Shown here in pieces: positions 49,275-58,700 of a stretch of 64,000 nt of DNA (position 1 is its first letter; each line of letters begins with the position of its first letter). This stretch comes from Deltaproteobacteria bacterium (GTDB taxonomy: Bacteria > Desulfobacterota > Binatia > Bin18), in assembly GCA_043772795.1 (NCBI GenBank), contig JAYVFX010001253.1, positions 1,448-65,447 on the forward strand. The letters are read 5' to 3'. The position numbers and the translations under genes are program-made. Below the pieces are notes generated by a model that ran no database searches, had not been told where the DNA came from, and was given only the letters and a program-made list of their open reading frames with translations.

Positions 49275-50740
49275 CCACCCGTAAGGTCGAAATCATCCTC
49301 GGTCCTCCCGGTACGGGAAAGACGACTCGTTTATTGAAGCTCCTTGGCAAGTACCTTGAAGCCGGTGGGGCCCCTGATCGAGTAGCCTTTGTGTCCTTTA
49401 GCCGAAGGGCTATCAATGAAGTCGTTGACCAACTTGGGCGGAACCCAGAGGAATTTCCTTACTTCCGTACCATCCATAGCACTGCTTACCACTTTCTCGG
49501 CCTATCTCGAGACGACGTATTTTCATTCAAGCATTGGAAAGCGTTTTCCGAATTGGTGGGGCTCCCGTTTAGTAACGCTGGGTATGAGGAACCGTTGTGG
49601 GACGGCACTGCCGGTGACAAATGCATCGCGGTTTACAACCTATCGCGTGCTCGTGGTACCGATCCAGAAACGGAGTGGCGAAATGCCATGCTGCCTAATC
49701 TGTCTTTGGACACTCTTCATGAGGTGTTGAAAGCCTATGAGCGTTTCAAGAAGGTAAATGCTTTGTGGGACTTTCACGATATGATTGTTAAGGCAGAGGG
49801 TGAGTTACCTGTCGACGTGATGTTTGTGGATGAAGCACAAGACACAAGTCAAGCACAATGGCGTTTTCTTCGGAGGTCAGCCAGTGGAGTCCCCCGTATC
49901 ATTCTTGCCGGAGACGACGATCAGGCAGTCTACGCGTGGTCAGGAGCTGACGGTGATGCTCTCAGACGGTTCGAAGGCCATCGTCGGGTGCTACCTCAGT
50001 CCTACCGGCTACCTCTTGCAGTTAAGTCACTTGCCGATGACATTATCGGGCGAGTCCATCGGCGCGTCCCTAAGCGTTTCGATCCGCGTAGAGACGACTC
50101 CGGACGCATTGTCCAAGGTGAAGTCACTTGGCGAAGGGATGCAGCTACCATTGACCTAAGAGGCAAGGAGACTTGGCTCTTGTTGGCACGTAGTAACTAT
50201 CAGCTCGAGTCCTATCGCGAAATGGCCCGGTCGCAGGGCGTAGTCTATACCCTCCCGGACGGTACGTGGTCCAATAGGCTGCCCGCCGTTGGTGCTGCAC
50301 TTACGTATGAGCGACTCCGTAGGGGCAATGAAGCGCCACGGTCCGAGGTGCGTGCCATGTTGGCATTCACAGACCTGAAATTCGAGAAGCTACCCCCGAT
50401 GGTGGTCTGGACCGATGTCTACGGTGAGGCTGCTTTAGAAGTGCCGTGGATGGATGGGCTACCACACATCAGCCCCAGTGACCGTGAGTACATCCGGGCA
50501 TTGCGCCAAGGCGGGGAAAGCGTCACCCACACAGGGCGGGTTCGTATTGGGACAGTCCATAGTGTAAAGGGAGCCCAAGCCGATAATGTCGTGCTTAAGA
50601 GCGATATCTCTGAACGGGTTGCTCACGGTGCCCGGTTGGACCCGGATTCAGAACATCGGGTGCAGTACGTTGGGGTGACACGAGCGAAACAGTCACTTCA
50701 CCTAATTCTACCGTCTTCCGCAACTTACTGGAAATTCTAA
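49271..50740 (+). CDS. superfamily-1 (UvrD/Rep-like) helicase
   Basis: Walker A ILGPPGTGKTT; motif II VDEAQDTSQAQW. Confidence 0.6.
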   Translation: MTTRKVEIILGPPGTGKTTRLLKLLGKYLEAGGAPDRVAFVSFSRRAINEVVDQLGRNPEEFPYFRTIHSTAYHFLGLSRDDVFSFKHWKAFSELVGLPFSNAGYEEPLWDGTAGDKCIAVYNLSRARGTDPETEWRNAMLPNLSLDTLHEVLKAYERFKKVNALWDFHDMIVKAEGELPVDVMFVDEAQDTSQAQWRFLRRSASGVPRIILAGDDDQAVYAWSGADGDALRRFEGHRRVLPQSYRLPLAVKSLADDIIGRVHRRVPKRFDPRRDDSGRIVQGEVTWRRDAATIDLRGKETWLLLARSNYQLESYREMARSQGVVYTLPDGTWSNRLPAVGAALTYERLRRGNEAPRSEVRAMLAFTDLKFEKLPPMVVWTDVYGEAALEVPWMDGLPHISPSDREYIRALRQGGESVTHTGRVRIGTVHSVKGAQADNVVLKSDISERVAHGARLDPDSEHRVQYVGVTRAKQSLHLILPSSATYWKF

Positions 50741-50902
50741 TGGACTGGTCAGTGTTTCATGTGTGCGCCATCTATAGAACCCACCAGACGAGGGGTTGGA
50801 ACTGGTTTTTAACCCCAGCCATTGCGTTTGGCTGGGTTAAAAAGGTGTGGGTAAGGGTAGGGTATACCCCTAAAATGTGGTAAAACGCCGGAAGGGAGGA
50901 CT
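50741..50902. terminator. convergent intergenic region with stem-loops (putative bidirectional terminators)
   Basis: GGGGTTGGAACTGGTTTTTAACCCC and CCCAGCC-ATTGCGTTT-GGCTGGG hairpins between plus- and minus-strand transcription units. Confidence 0.3.
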
Positions 50903-51271
50903 TTAGTCCAGCGACGGGATATACTGAGCAGCCCAGTGAGGCATCCCATGAATAAACTTTCCGACATAGGTGTTAGCCGGTACTTTCATGGCAACCATGA
51001 ACTCAGTCAACGAGCATCCGAGGACGCTCCACAGAATCTCTCCCCGGACGTCCACACGGGAGATGACAAATTGCCCGGTCATGGTGTGCCATACCTGCCC
51101 ATAATTAGGCACCAGCGTCACCAGACAACACAGCGTCACCCAACGGTCCACTCCAACTAGGACCGTTGCGTGAGGGCAGTAAGGATAATCCTCACTAGAC
51201 ACGGATAGCTGTGTGAAGTCCCTGTTCTTCACTGTAGATATCCGTGATCCCATCAAAGGTGTACCATTCAT
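50903..51271 (-). CDS. hypothetical protein
   Basis: 122 aa. Confidence 0.2.
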   Translation of the reverse strand: MNGTPLMGSRISTVKNRDFTQLSVSSEDYPYCPHATVLVGVDRWVTLCCLVTLVPNYGQVWHTMTGQFVISRVDVRGEILWSVLGCSLTEFMVAMKVPANTYVGKFIHGMPHWAAQYIPSLD

Positions 51272-51578
51272 GGCCTAGATAGGTCCTTACCTGGACGGCG
51301 GGCACAGGACGCCACCATGGCCATCCATCATACATTCCTATATCCACTACTAGGTGGATACCACATCGTGGTGACCCGCCATAGTTAGTGGCAAAGACCT
51401 TTTTCTTTTCCCGAAAATGTTCCTCGATAAGTCGTAGACGGGCCTTGGCACGTTCACAAGACTCACCCCTCCCGGCATCAGAACATCCATAATTGTTGAA
51501 ATGAGATCGAAAATCATAGGTCCAGTCAATTGGACCCATATTCTCACCGATCCGTACTGTACGGGTTTCAGTCCTCAT
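51195..51578 (-). CDS. hypothetical protein
   Basis: 127 aa. Confidence 0.25.
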   Translation of the reverse strand: MRTETRTVRIGENMGPIDWTYDFRSHFNNYGCSDAGRGESCERAKARLRLIEEHFREKKKVFATNYGGSPRCGIHLVVDIGMYDGWPWWRPVPAVQVRTYLGHEWYTFDGITDIYSEEQGLHTAIRV

Positions 51579-51793
51579 GGCTCCCTCCCTGTAACTATCC
51601 GGTGTACCAGGTCGTATTCTTCCTGATAGTCACGACCATTATCATCCGTGACTGCAGCCGGGTGATAGACCATCCTGTGTCTGTTGACTTGAGTACATCC
51701 CCTACATAGCCGGATAAGATGGATGACATCCAACATCTTATCCTCTGGGATTGCTAGCGGTGTAGCATGGGTGCCGATTAGGGTGTGGGTCAT
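51575..51793 (-). CDS. hypothetical protein
   Basis: 72 aa; start/stop overlaps with neighbouring genes. Confidence 0.2.
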   Translation of the reverse strand: MTHTLIGTHATPLAIPEDKMLDVIHLIRLCRGCTQVNRHRMVYHPAAVTDDNGRDYQEEYDLVHRIVTGREP

Positions 51794-51943
51794 GGACCTT
51801 TGTTCACCTCGATCTCATCCACGTCTGTATGCTTGGTGATGACCAAGTTACCAGACTCGATCCGAACGGTATAATCGCTGACTGGCGTATACTGCTGCAA
51901 CAGTTGGATTAACTTTCTGATTTCCATGGCCTAATACCCCTGT

Positions 51944-53449
51944 TTAAGTGACTACGTCAACTAGTGTCCCTTGACTTCGCGTGATGGCCACATAGATCAG
52001 ATTGTACTCTTGCTCAATCTCCCAGTCCTTTTTGGCCATAGGACTTGGCATGAGTTTGTTCCGGTCGAGGATGTATACCGTATCCCACTCCCGACCCTTG
52101 CTCTTGTGGACTGTACTAAAGGTAAACAGCTTCGGAGCTTCCCCATCTGGGGTATCCCCAAAGAGCTTGAAGATTTTGTCGCGAAGGTCCTTAACCGTGT
52201 CATCCTCTTCCATGTTCTCCATGATCACAAAGAGGGTGCTGACCTTATCAGTTAGCGCTTCAGCTTTCTGATCCTGTTTCTTTTCAAGGAACTTCGCGAC
52301 TTCCTTTTTTAGGTAAGCCTCCAGCTTATTCCGTAGCACATCTAGGTCGCCAGTCTGCCATTTTCTGGTTAGGTTAAGCAGACCTCGACCGATCTCCTTG
52401 CCTTCTACATGGCATGCAATACCACGGCGAATGAGAGCAAAGGCCTGTGAAACAATCGGCGCTGTGTTGCGACACAGCATCGCGGCACTGTACGTAAACG
52501 CCTCGGGCGGTTGGGAGGTGAACTGGGCTGCCGTAAGTCCCGCCACAACCCCTTCGGGCGCGGACTCCGCTGCCGTAATGTGGGACACGTATTGGCGGGC
52601 GAGCTGGACTACAGCCTTTGGACACCGATAGGTGACCGTAAGCGGTAGTTCGGAGCAGTCAAAGTCAGCCTTGATTCGATCAAGACTGTCGTTGTCTGCT
52701 CCGGTAAACCCATAGATAGCCTGCTTCGGGTCCCCTACAAAGATCGCCCGTCCACTCGGCATGAGCATCTTCTTGGCAAGCTCGCGGCGGGCGGGATTGG
52801 TATCCTGTGCCTCATCCACGAGCAACCAGTTGTTCTGCCACATCCGGATACCGTGGACCAACGGTGCATAGAGCATATCGTCGAAGTCCACGACCTTGCG
52901 ACACTGTTCATTAGATACTGCAATGGCGCTTATGGCACGGTCAATGCCTTCACGTACAAGCCCATCGTCCCCCTCCGGGAGCGACGAATCGAGATTGTAG
53001 TGTTCGATCATATAGTCCCAAGCCTCGGTATCGTCCATGGAACAGATGACACCAAAGGCACGGTTCTTGGCCATAGAGACTAGTCGGAGCACAAAGTCTT
53101 GCTGTGCTTCTGGACATTTTTGAGCGATAAGGATATTACTGACCTTATCACGGTCAACCACAGGCTTTGTGTCCCGGCAGTGGTTCAGCCACGCACGGAA
53201 GCCGAATGAGTGGAAGGTGCCGGCACGGACGTTAGCCCCTACCTTGGCGCCCTTCAGCTTTTCCTGGATTTCCTTAGCAATCTTGCTATTATAGGCGGCA
53301 ATTGCCACATCACCGCCCATCATTGTCGAAGCGTTGAGAATGGTCAAGGTCTTACCGGAGCCTGCAACAGCAACCAGAATAAGGTTGCCGGAGGCTTCCC
53401 TGACCCATTTGTAGACGGCTCTCTGATGGGGGCTGGGGGTGTGGGGCAT
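51944..53449 (-). CDS. UvrD/PcrA-like superfamily-1 helicase
   Basis: Walker A AVAGSGKT; motif II LVDEAQDT; C-terminal VHKSKGREWDTVYI and YVAITRS motifs. Confidence 0.6.
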   Translation of the reverse strand: MPHTPSPHQRAVYKWVREASGNLILVAVAGSGKTLTILNASTMMGGDVAIAAYNSKIAKEIQEKLKGAKVGANVRAGTFHSFGFRAWLNHCRDTKPVVDRDKVSNILIAQKCPEAQQDFVLRLVSMAKNRAFGVICSMDDTEAWDYMIEHYNLDSSLPEGDDGLVREGIDRAISAIAVSNEQCRKVVDFDDMLYAPLVHGIRMWQNNWLLVDEAQDTNPARRELAKKMLMPSGRAIFVGDPKQAIYGFTGADNDSLDRIKADFDCSELPLTVTYRCPKAVVQLARQYVSHITAAESAPEGVVAGLTAAQFTSQPPEAFTYSAAMLCRNTAPIVSQAFALIRRGIACHVEGKEIGRGLLNLTRKWQTGDLDVLRNKLEAYLKKEVAKFLEKKQDQKAEALTDKVSTLFVIMENMEEDDTVKDLRDKIFKLFGDTPDGEAPKLFTFSTVHKSKGREWDTVYILDRNKLMPSPMAKKDWEIEQEYNLIYVAITRSQGTLVDVVT

Positions 53450-53889
53450 TATTCCTCGTTGGCCACTTTGTGGAGCTGTGTCGGTTTATGAAGTCTTTTC
53501 GCGTGCTTCATGGTCCAGCACCCGCCACCCTTGACATGGTCCGTAGCGTTACAGTGGTAGCAGGTACTGAACTTCATACCACGGTAAGAGCTTGCCAGCC
53601 GTACCACAGCAATGCAGTGCAGGGTGGTTGAGGCACTGACAATTTGGAGGTTCCGTTCTTTGTAACCGGGGCTCCACTGAAGATGCTGTGGGGGAAAGAT
53701 TTTCTTTTCCCGACCCAGTTTATCGGCTTCCTCCTCCGCCCAGATATCAATCCCGCCAAGGTGACAGTGGCCACTGACAAGGGTAGCATACGGTGGAAGA
53801 AGCAACTGCCAAATGATGGCGCGTGCTTCCCGCTCACCCTTTTCTGTGAACTTGGCAGCTTCGTGGCCTACGATGCCGATGTAGCTCAT
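53449..53889 (-). CDS. hypothetical protein (Cys/His-rich C-terminus)
   Basis: CYHCNATDHVKGGGC pattern; ATGA coupling on both sides. Confidence 0.25.
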   Translation of the reverse strand: MSYIGIVGHEAAKFTEKGEREARAIIWQLLLPPYATLVSGHCHLGGIDIWAEEEADKLGREKKIFPPQHLQWSPGYKERNLQIVSASTTLHCIAVVRLASSYRGMKFSTCYHCNATDHVKGGGCWTMKHAKRLHKPTQLHKVANEE

Positions 53890-54023
53890 CCGTAGATCCA
53901 GTGAAGAGTTATGGCAAAGGAGAATAAAAAATACAGGATTACGTTCAGGATCACCACTAGCACGAGGCTAGGATCCCGATAGTGTCTGAGGCTATTACGC
54001 TTACGATCCTCAAACCATTTCAT
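53886..54023 (-). CDS. small hydrophobic membrane peptide (45 aa)
   Basis: Not in the ORF track; MKWFEDRKRNSLRHYRDPSLVLVVILNVILYFLFSFAITLHWIYG; ATGA overlaps at both ends. Confidence 0.2.
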   Translation of the reverse strand: MKWFEDRKRNSLRHYRDPSLVLVVILNVILYFLFSFAITLHWIYG

Positions 54024-54400
54024 GACTTATACTCCTTTGCCATTTCCCGAAGCTGTTCCCGCGCCTTCTGGACCAGCTCCGAATTTTCGGTTATGTCGAC
54101 GTTCATCTTCCCACCCAGAAGCTGCGCCGCACCCATCGCCCCGGCAATAACGTCCGCGGCAAGGTTGAGGGGAACCATTTCCGGAACCTTCTCAATCTTG
54201 TCACCAACCTCTGCGGTCATTGCCAATTCCGCATTATGGTCTGTCACAAGAATACGGGTAGGGTCGTGGCGGAGCTTGGCAAGAATTGTGGATCCACACT
54301 CGGGGCAGTAGTTTGGCAGCCGGGGGTTGACCCAACAGAGTAGCGTGGCGCAGCACGGCGTGTAGATCAAACGGAACTTGACGCGCTCGTGTCTTTTCAT
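54020..54400 (-). CDS. hypothetical zinc-ribbon protein
   Basis: CC...CPEC pattern. Confidence 0.25.
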   Translation of the reverse strand: MKRHERVKFRLIYTPCCATLLCWVNPRLPNYCPECGSTILAKLRHDPTRILVTDHNAELAMTAEVGDKIEKVPEMVPLNLAADVIAGAMGAAQLLGGKMNVDITENSELVQKAREQLREMAKEYKS

Positions 54401-54606
54401 GTCTCGAACCGAGCAGTCACTTCATTGATGTCAAAAGCATCCACAAACAGCGCGTTGCCGACTTTGCAGAAGCTTGTTTCATCACAATCATCAACATCAG
54501 CATGACTGCACTGTCTGCTGTCACATTTCATGGCATGAGCGATAAGACGAAGATCCGCAAGAACCACAGCTCCCCGCAGGAGCTTTCGAATGAGCCATTT
54601 AGTCAT
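54397..54606 (-). CDS. hypothetical protein
   Basis: 69 aa. Confidence 0.2.
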   Translation of the reverse strand: MTKWLIRKLLRGAVVLADLRLIAHAMKCDSRQCSHADVDDCDETSFCKVGNALFVDAFDINEVTARFET

Positions 54607-54814
54607 TTTTCAGCAATCCTCCCGGCGCGTTGTACCGGGCGTAGAACTCTGCCCATACATCGGGCCACGCTACCTTGAGCTTTTCAAGGTTGTCAGTATC
54701 GGCCTGTCGCATGGCAGCCATGACCAGCGCGTAGAACGGCGGATCCTCTACTGCAATGACTTTGCTGATTTCATAGTCGAAGTGGCTCATGCCGTCCGAA
54801 ACCCCCAGTTGCAT
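54599..54814 (-). CDS. hypothetical protein
   Basis: 71 aa. Confidence 0.2.
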   Translation of the reverse strand: MQLGVSDGMSHFDYEISKVIAVEDPPFYALVMAAMRQADTDNLEKLKVAWPDVWAEFYARYNAPGGLLKND

Positions 54815-55209
54815 CCCTCAAGCACAGGATGACAGATGTATTTTGATCCGTCTGTTGTGTCAAGCCCAGCGTCGGCAGGGATTTCTACCAGCGCCCGAAC
54901 CCCGCACAACGGGCAAACATCACCGAAGGGCGGGGGCGGGTAGTTGGCGAATTTGTACGAGAGAAGCTGCTCAAGGACATTTTGCTTATTGCCCTTGAAT
55001 CCGAATGTGTGCTTGATAATATTGTGGCAGCTTACCCCACGGGAGAGGCCTAGACCCTTGATCTCCAACTTGAGACCGGCCATAAGCGTCATTACACGGA
55101 CCAGCTCCACGGCTTCCCTGCCCTTGATCACACCGTTGGGAAGGAAACCTGCGTGGGCACGTCGTACGCGCTCCTGACGCAGCTCTAGCGAAATTCCATC
55201 ATTGTCCAT
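54787..55209 (-). CDS. hypothetical protein (Cys-rich C-terminus)
   Basis: 140 aa. Confidence 0.25.
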   Translation of the reverse strand: MDNDGISLELRQERVRRAHAGFLPNGVIKGREAVELVRVMTLMAGLKLEIKGLGLSRGVSCHNIIKHTFGFKGNKQNVLEQLLSYKFANYPPPPFGDVCPLCGVRALVEIPADAGLDTTDGSKYICHPVLEGCNWGFRTA

Positions 55210-55276
55210 GACTACCTGTGTGGTTGGGGTGTCCTTATAAAGTAACTGTTTTCACGCCGGGTGTCAATCTCCGGTG

Positions 55277-55468
55277 TTAGCGGATTACCCACCTCACAAA
55301 GACCACGATCCCCCACCCGAACAATCCGCTAGCACAGAGTAGCGCACCGATCACTATGATCCATGCGCCCGGTCGCATCTGGGGCTCCATAATGCCTGTC
55401 CCCTCGCAATGGGCGCAGGGCTTCCCACTGACGGTCATTCGACCACCGCACACCGGACAGAGTGGCAT
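55277..55468 (-). CDS. small zinc-ribbon membrane protein
   Basis: CPVCGG...CAHCEG followed by a TM helix. Confidence 0.25.
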   Translation of the reverse strand: MPLCPVCGGRMTVSGKPCAHCEGTGIMEPQMRPGAWIIVIGALLCASGLFGWGIVVFVRWVIR

Positions 55469-55469
55469 T

Positions 55470-55934
55470 TTACGGCCGGGAGTGAAGGAGAGGAACCCAC
55501 CAAGCCGCGAGGCATCCGACGAACACGGCGCCGGCTGCCGCGACGTTCCGCTCCGCGATCAACCCGAAGATGACGCACGTCATGGCTAGGGCGAAGTCAA
55601 CAAGGAAGTCGCTCACCTTATCCTCTATGCCGTAGACTGTCAGGTCGCCGTGGATCGGGGTGATGATGTAGATCGTTCTGAGCACGATGTAGAATCCGAA
55701 CCCGCCGACGAGCGCGGCCCCGCTCGGCGTGATGCTCCACCAAAGGTTCCCGATCGCGAACGCGAGCCACGCGATCCCGCTGCTCGTCAGCACTTTCAGC
55801 GCGTGCTGGAACCAGACCGGCGCCGTGACTGGCCCGTCCGTGGCCATGCTGCGGAGTTTTTCCATTCGAGTCATGTCTGATACCTTTGAATGTAACCAGC
55901 GGATGTGAGATTGATGCACTGAAGAATTTCCCAA
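55470..55934 (-). CDS. multi-pass membrane protein
   Basis: 3-4 predicted hydrophobic helices. Confidence 0.3.
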   Translation of the reverse strand: MGNSSVHQSHIRWLHSKVSDMTRMEKLRSMATDGPVTAPVWFQHALKVLTSSGIAWLAFAIGNLWWSITPSGAALVGGFGFYIVLRTIYIITPIHGDLTVYGIEDKVSDFLVDFALAMTCVIFGLIAERNVAAAGAVFVGCLAAWWVPLLHSRP

Positions 55935-56401
55935 CCGGGAACATTCAGTGCGGCCGCCAGAATCTGGGCATTCCTGCGAACTTCCGATATACCGTGGCGA
56001 CGCACTGCACGGTCCACGGCCATAAATATATCGGTAGATGGGCTGGGGTCATGTTCCGTGTCCGCCTCGAAAGATTCCATGCGATCATCATAATCGAGCC
56101 GCCAATCGTCCATGGCGTATTCCTGCCAGTCTGTTTCTGATTCACAATATACATCCCCGTCAAAAACTTCCGACTCATATAGCTCGAGCTGATCAAGATA
56201 GGTATCCAATGCAAACCTCTCAAACTCCTTGGCGGCCTCACGCTTGGCGATCTGGCGCTCGATCTTCTTGTGAAGACGTCGGCTGTTGCGCTTGCTACCG
56301 GAGTTGCGCCGGGAGGAATGGATGTCCCCACCGTGACCGCGGAGGTTCCGCACGGCGCTTTTTGGCGCCGGATTCTCAACACGAATGCCGTAAGGACGCA
56401 T
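55871..56401 (-). CDS. hypothetical protein (basic N-terminus, acidic C-terminal half)
   Basis: 176 aa. Confidence 0.3.
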   Translation of the reverse strand: MRPYGIRVENPAPKSAVRNLRGHGGDIHSSRRNSGSKRNSRRLHKKIERQIAKREAAKEFERFALDTYLDQLELYESEVFDGDVYCESETDWQEYAMDDWRLDYDDRMESFEADTEHDPSPSTDIFMAVDRAVRRHGISEVRRNAQILAAALNVPGWEILQCINLTSAGYIQRYQT

Positions 56402-56495
56402 GTTTCTTGGCTTGTGATTGTTTGAAAACCCATGCCGGGCGATGTGCTCACCGCAGCCCCACCTAGCCCGTGGCCCTGAGCCACGCCGACAAATA

Positions 56496-56550
56496 GGGGT
56501 TGGGGGATTCGAACCCCCGTGCTACCCTTGTGGCTACCCCTACAACCCCC
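56496..56550 (-). ncRNA. tRNA-like minihelix element 1 (acceptor-like stem + T-arm; no D/anticodon arms)
   Basis: RNA GGGGTT-[25 nt]-GGGGG-TTCGAAT-CCCCC-AACCCC-T; canonical T-loop; 55 nt. Confidence 0.45.
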
Positions 56551-56598
56551 GCGGCGGGGTTAGAGGGCGGTTACTCACCCCCTACCCTGCCCGGTGAG

Positions 56599-57135
56599 TT
56601 ACCGCTTCCTGCCGCCCCCGCTCACCACGGCCTTCGCACCACCACCGGCAATGGAACCGGCGACCTGCGAACCACCCGACGCCGACGTGCCGGTGGCAGG
56701 AGTCGTGGCGACCGCGGCCGCAGACGCCGCGGGCTCGACGGCCGGCGCGACCACCGTACCAATGACGGCACCCTTGTCCTTGAACTTGTACACGCGACCA
56801 CGACCCTCGATGTTCGCATTGTGGATCTCACGGCCCGTCGACTTCTGGAGCCGGCTGAACTGGATCTTCACCGTGCTGGACATGCCCTCACGGGTACGGT
56901 CCGGGAACTTGACGACGAGCTTGTCCAAGACCTCCTTCTGGGTCGCACCCTCGGCCGTGTCGATCATCGACTTGATCGTGCCGATGACACCATCCGACCG
57001 CTTCTCGGCACGATCCTTCTTCGCCTGCTCCTTCTCCGCCGCCTTCTTCTCCGCGGCCGCCTTCTTCTCCGCTGCCTTCGCCTCGGTGTTGTTCGCCGGC
57101 GCCGTGGCCATGCCACCCTGCTCGTTGTCCGCCAT
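56599..57135 (-). CDS. histone-H1-like DNA-binding protein, paralog A (Lys/Ala-rich tract + winged-helix-like C-terminal domain)
   Basis: ATG 57135 with AAGGAG ribosome-binding site; AKAAEKKAAAEKKAAEKEQAKK tract; C-terminal domain paralogous to 62309..62854; the in-frame upstream extension to 57510 could instead be a fused N-terminal domain. Confidence 0.4.
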   Translation of the reverse strand: MADNEQGGMATAPANNTEAKAAEKKAAAEKKAAEKEQAKKDRAEKRSDGVIGTIKSMIDTAEGATQKEVLDKLVVKFPDRTREGMSSTVKIQFSRLQKSTGREIHNANIEGRGRVYKFKDKGAVIGTVVAPAVEPAASAAAVATTPATGTSASGGSQVAGSIAGGGAKAVVSGGGRKR

Positions 57136-57562
57136 GTAATGCTCCTTGAACGGAGTAGCGCTCTCTTTAACGAGAGCAATTACGCGATCCCGATTCTCCG
57201 GGGTGTCGGGAAACGCGCCGACCGGGAAGTCCGGGCGGGAGGTGTTCAGTATCTGTCGCAGAACTTCCGCAGGCACATCGTGGGTGTCATCCGTGTGCAG
57301 TAGCACCCGGATGGCAGCCACGGTGCGCATGCGAAGCTGATCGATATCATTCTGATCTTCGATCTTGACGAGCTCGAAGGCGGTGTTGCCGGGCATCTTC
57401 GAGAACAGGATCGCCACACTGGGGAATGGTGGCCTTGGATGGTTGATACTGGAGATTGGAGCGGCGATCGAGTTGTGCATGATACCTGTGTTTGGGGTGG
57501 TTTTGCCCAATGAGGTAAGGTCGCCTCAACCATTACCACCGTCAAGGGGCAATGTGCGGAAA

Positions 57563-57811
57563 TCACCGAAAGATTATTTTCCGTAGTTCCGTGGCTGTCT
57601 TGGCCAAGTCCTGAGCCGCTTTCGCCGGGTCTTTTGTGTCGAAGGTGGCGTGCCATACCACGAGTACAGCATCTGGGTCCAGTCCGCGCTCTTCACGAAC
57701 CTTGGGGCTAATCGTCTCTTTCTTGATGTGCCCCTCGTAGATCCAGATTTCACCCTTAGCGGTGGTTGCCGCCGTGATCGGTACAGCGTCGAGCGTTACT
57801 GCCCGGCTCAC
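57563..57811 (-). CDS. hypothetical protein
   Basis: 82 aa. Confidence 0.25.
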   Translation of the reverse strand: MSRAVTLDAVPITAATTAKGEIWIYEGHIKKETISPKVREERGLDPDAVLVVWHATFDTKDPAKAAQDLAKTATELRKIIFR

Positions 57812-58035
57812 AGCAGCTTCGCCAGCTTGGCAACCTTCGCCATCCGGGCGTTGTAGTTGTTCCGGTGACGTGGGTGAGGACGGCCAACGTCGTCAATCAG
57901 CCGATTGACAACTTTGGTCATCTTCACCCCTCGGGGCGACTTGCACTTCTTGCGCTCACCCTTCTTGACCCGCGCTTTGGGCACGTGGGTCTGCTTGGCG
58001 GGCTTCTTGGTGGTGTTCTTGTCTTTACGCCCCAT
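57808..58035 (-). CDS. small lysine-rich basic protein
   Basis: TAAGGAGAT ribosome-binding site before the ATG; KKPAKQTHVPKARVKKGERKK. Confidence 0.3.
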   Translation of the reverse strand: MGRKDKNTTKKPAKQTHVPKARVKKGERKKCKSPRGVKMTKVVNRLIDDVGRPHPRHRNNYNARMAKVAKLAKLL

Positions 58036-58089
58036 ATCTCCTTACCTGTGTGGGTGACCTAATGTAGTACAAGAATCGGACCCTGCAAT

Positions 58090-58129
58090 GGGGTGGGCAC
58101 GGATTCGAACCGTGCCACGACCGGCACCC
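58090..58129 (-). ncRNA. tRNA-like minihelix element 2
   Basis: RNA GGGTG-CCGGTCGT-GGCACGG-TTCGAAT-CCGTGCC-CACCC-C; the 5' G is the G of the upstream TAG stop codon. Confidence 0.45.
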
Positions 58130-58479
58130 TAGCTGTTCAGATAGTGGTCGGCAGGACCATAGAACAGGTCGAATTGCTTCTGCTCTTCTGTCAGGTCCAT
58201 TTCGGCAGCATCTTGGACCTCACCGTACGCCGACTCGATCGGCGCATTGCAGTGATCACAGTCCATGGGTTCGCCTTCCCAGTAGATGAACTGATCTACG
58301 ATGTGCCACTGTGGGTCGGTGCCGGGCTCTGCGCTGGCTTCGCTGCCGTTCTCACCATTGGCGCACCCGGCACAGATGACAGCGCCGTCCGCAAGCAAGT
58401 ACATAAGCGGGTAGAGACCGGGCCACGAAGAATGTGGCAGCTTCCCATCGCTGAGTCTTTCGAATGTCTTTGGCATCAT
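58129..58479 (-). CDS. hypothetical protein
   Basis: 116 aa, acidic; Cys pairs. Confidence 0.3.
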   Translation of the reverse strand: MMPKTFERLSDGKLPHSSWPGLYPLMYLLADGAVICAGCANGENGSEASAEPGTDPQWHIVDQFIYWEGEPMDCDHCNAPIESAYGEVQDAAEMDLTEEQKQFDLFYGPADHYLNS

Positions 58480-58685
58480 CCTCTCCGGACAGGAAGGATG
58501 GACTGCCAGAATCGAGCCGAGCCGATGTTCGATACGTGTGACGCAGAGATGTCGTAATGATCGGCAATCTCCTGTCGGGGCAGGTCCGCGGTTCTTACGA
58601 GGTGGTAGATATTGATCACCTCGTGGGGGTACAGCTTGTAGTTCTGGAAGTACACCCGGCGGACGTTCAGCTTACGCTTCATCAT
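58476..58685 (-). CDS. small helix-turn-helix DNA-binding protein (sigma region-4 / LuxR-like HTH, putative)
   Basis: RQEIADHYDISASHVSNI helix-turn-helix-like segment. Confidence 0.3.
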   Translation of the reverse strand: MMKRKLNVRRVYFQNYKLYPHEVINIYHLVRTADLPRQEIADHYDISASHVSNIGSARFWQSILPVRRG

Positions 58686-58700
58686 GCCTCCATTGTGGGG

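Noticed and set aside
57136-57510. Treating the whole table ORF 56599..57510 as a single 303-aa protein
   Set aside because: A strong AAGGAG-7nt-ATG start at 57135 and the shorter paralog B argue for the 178-aa core. The upstream in-frame region is protein-like but lacks a good ribosome-binding site at any of its candidate starts, so it is left unresolved.
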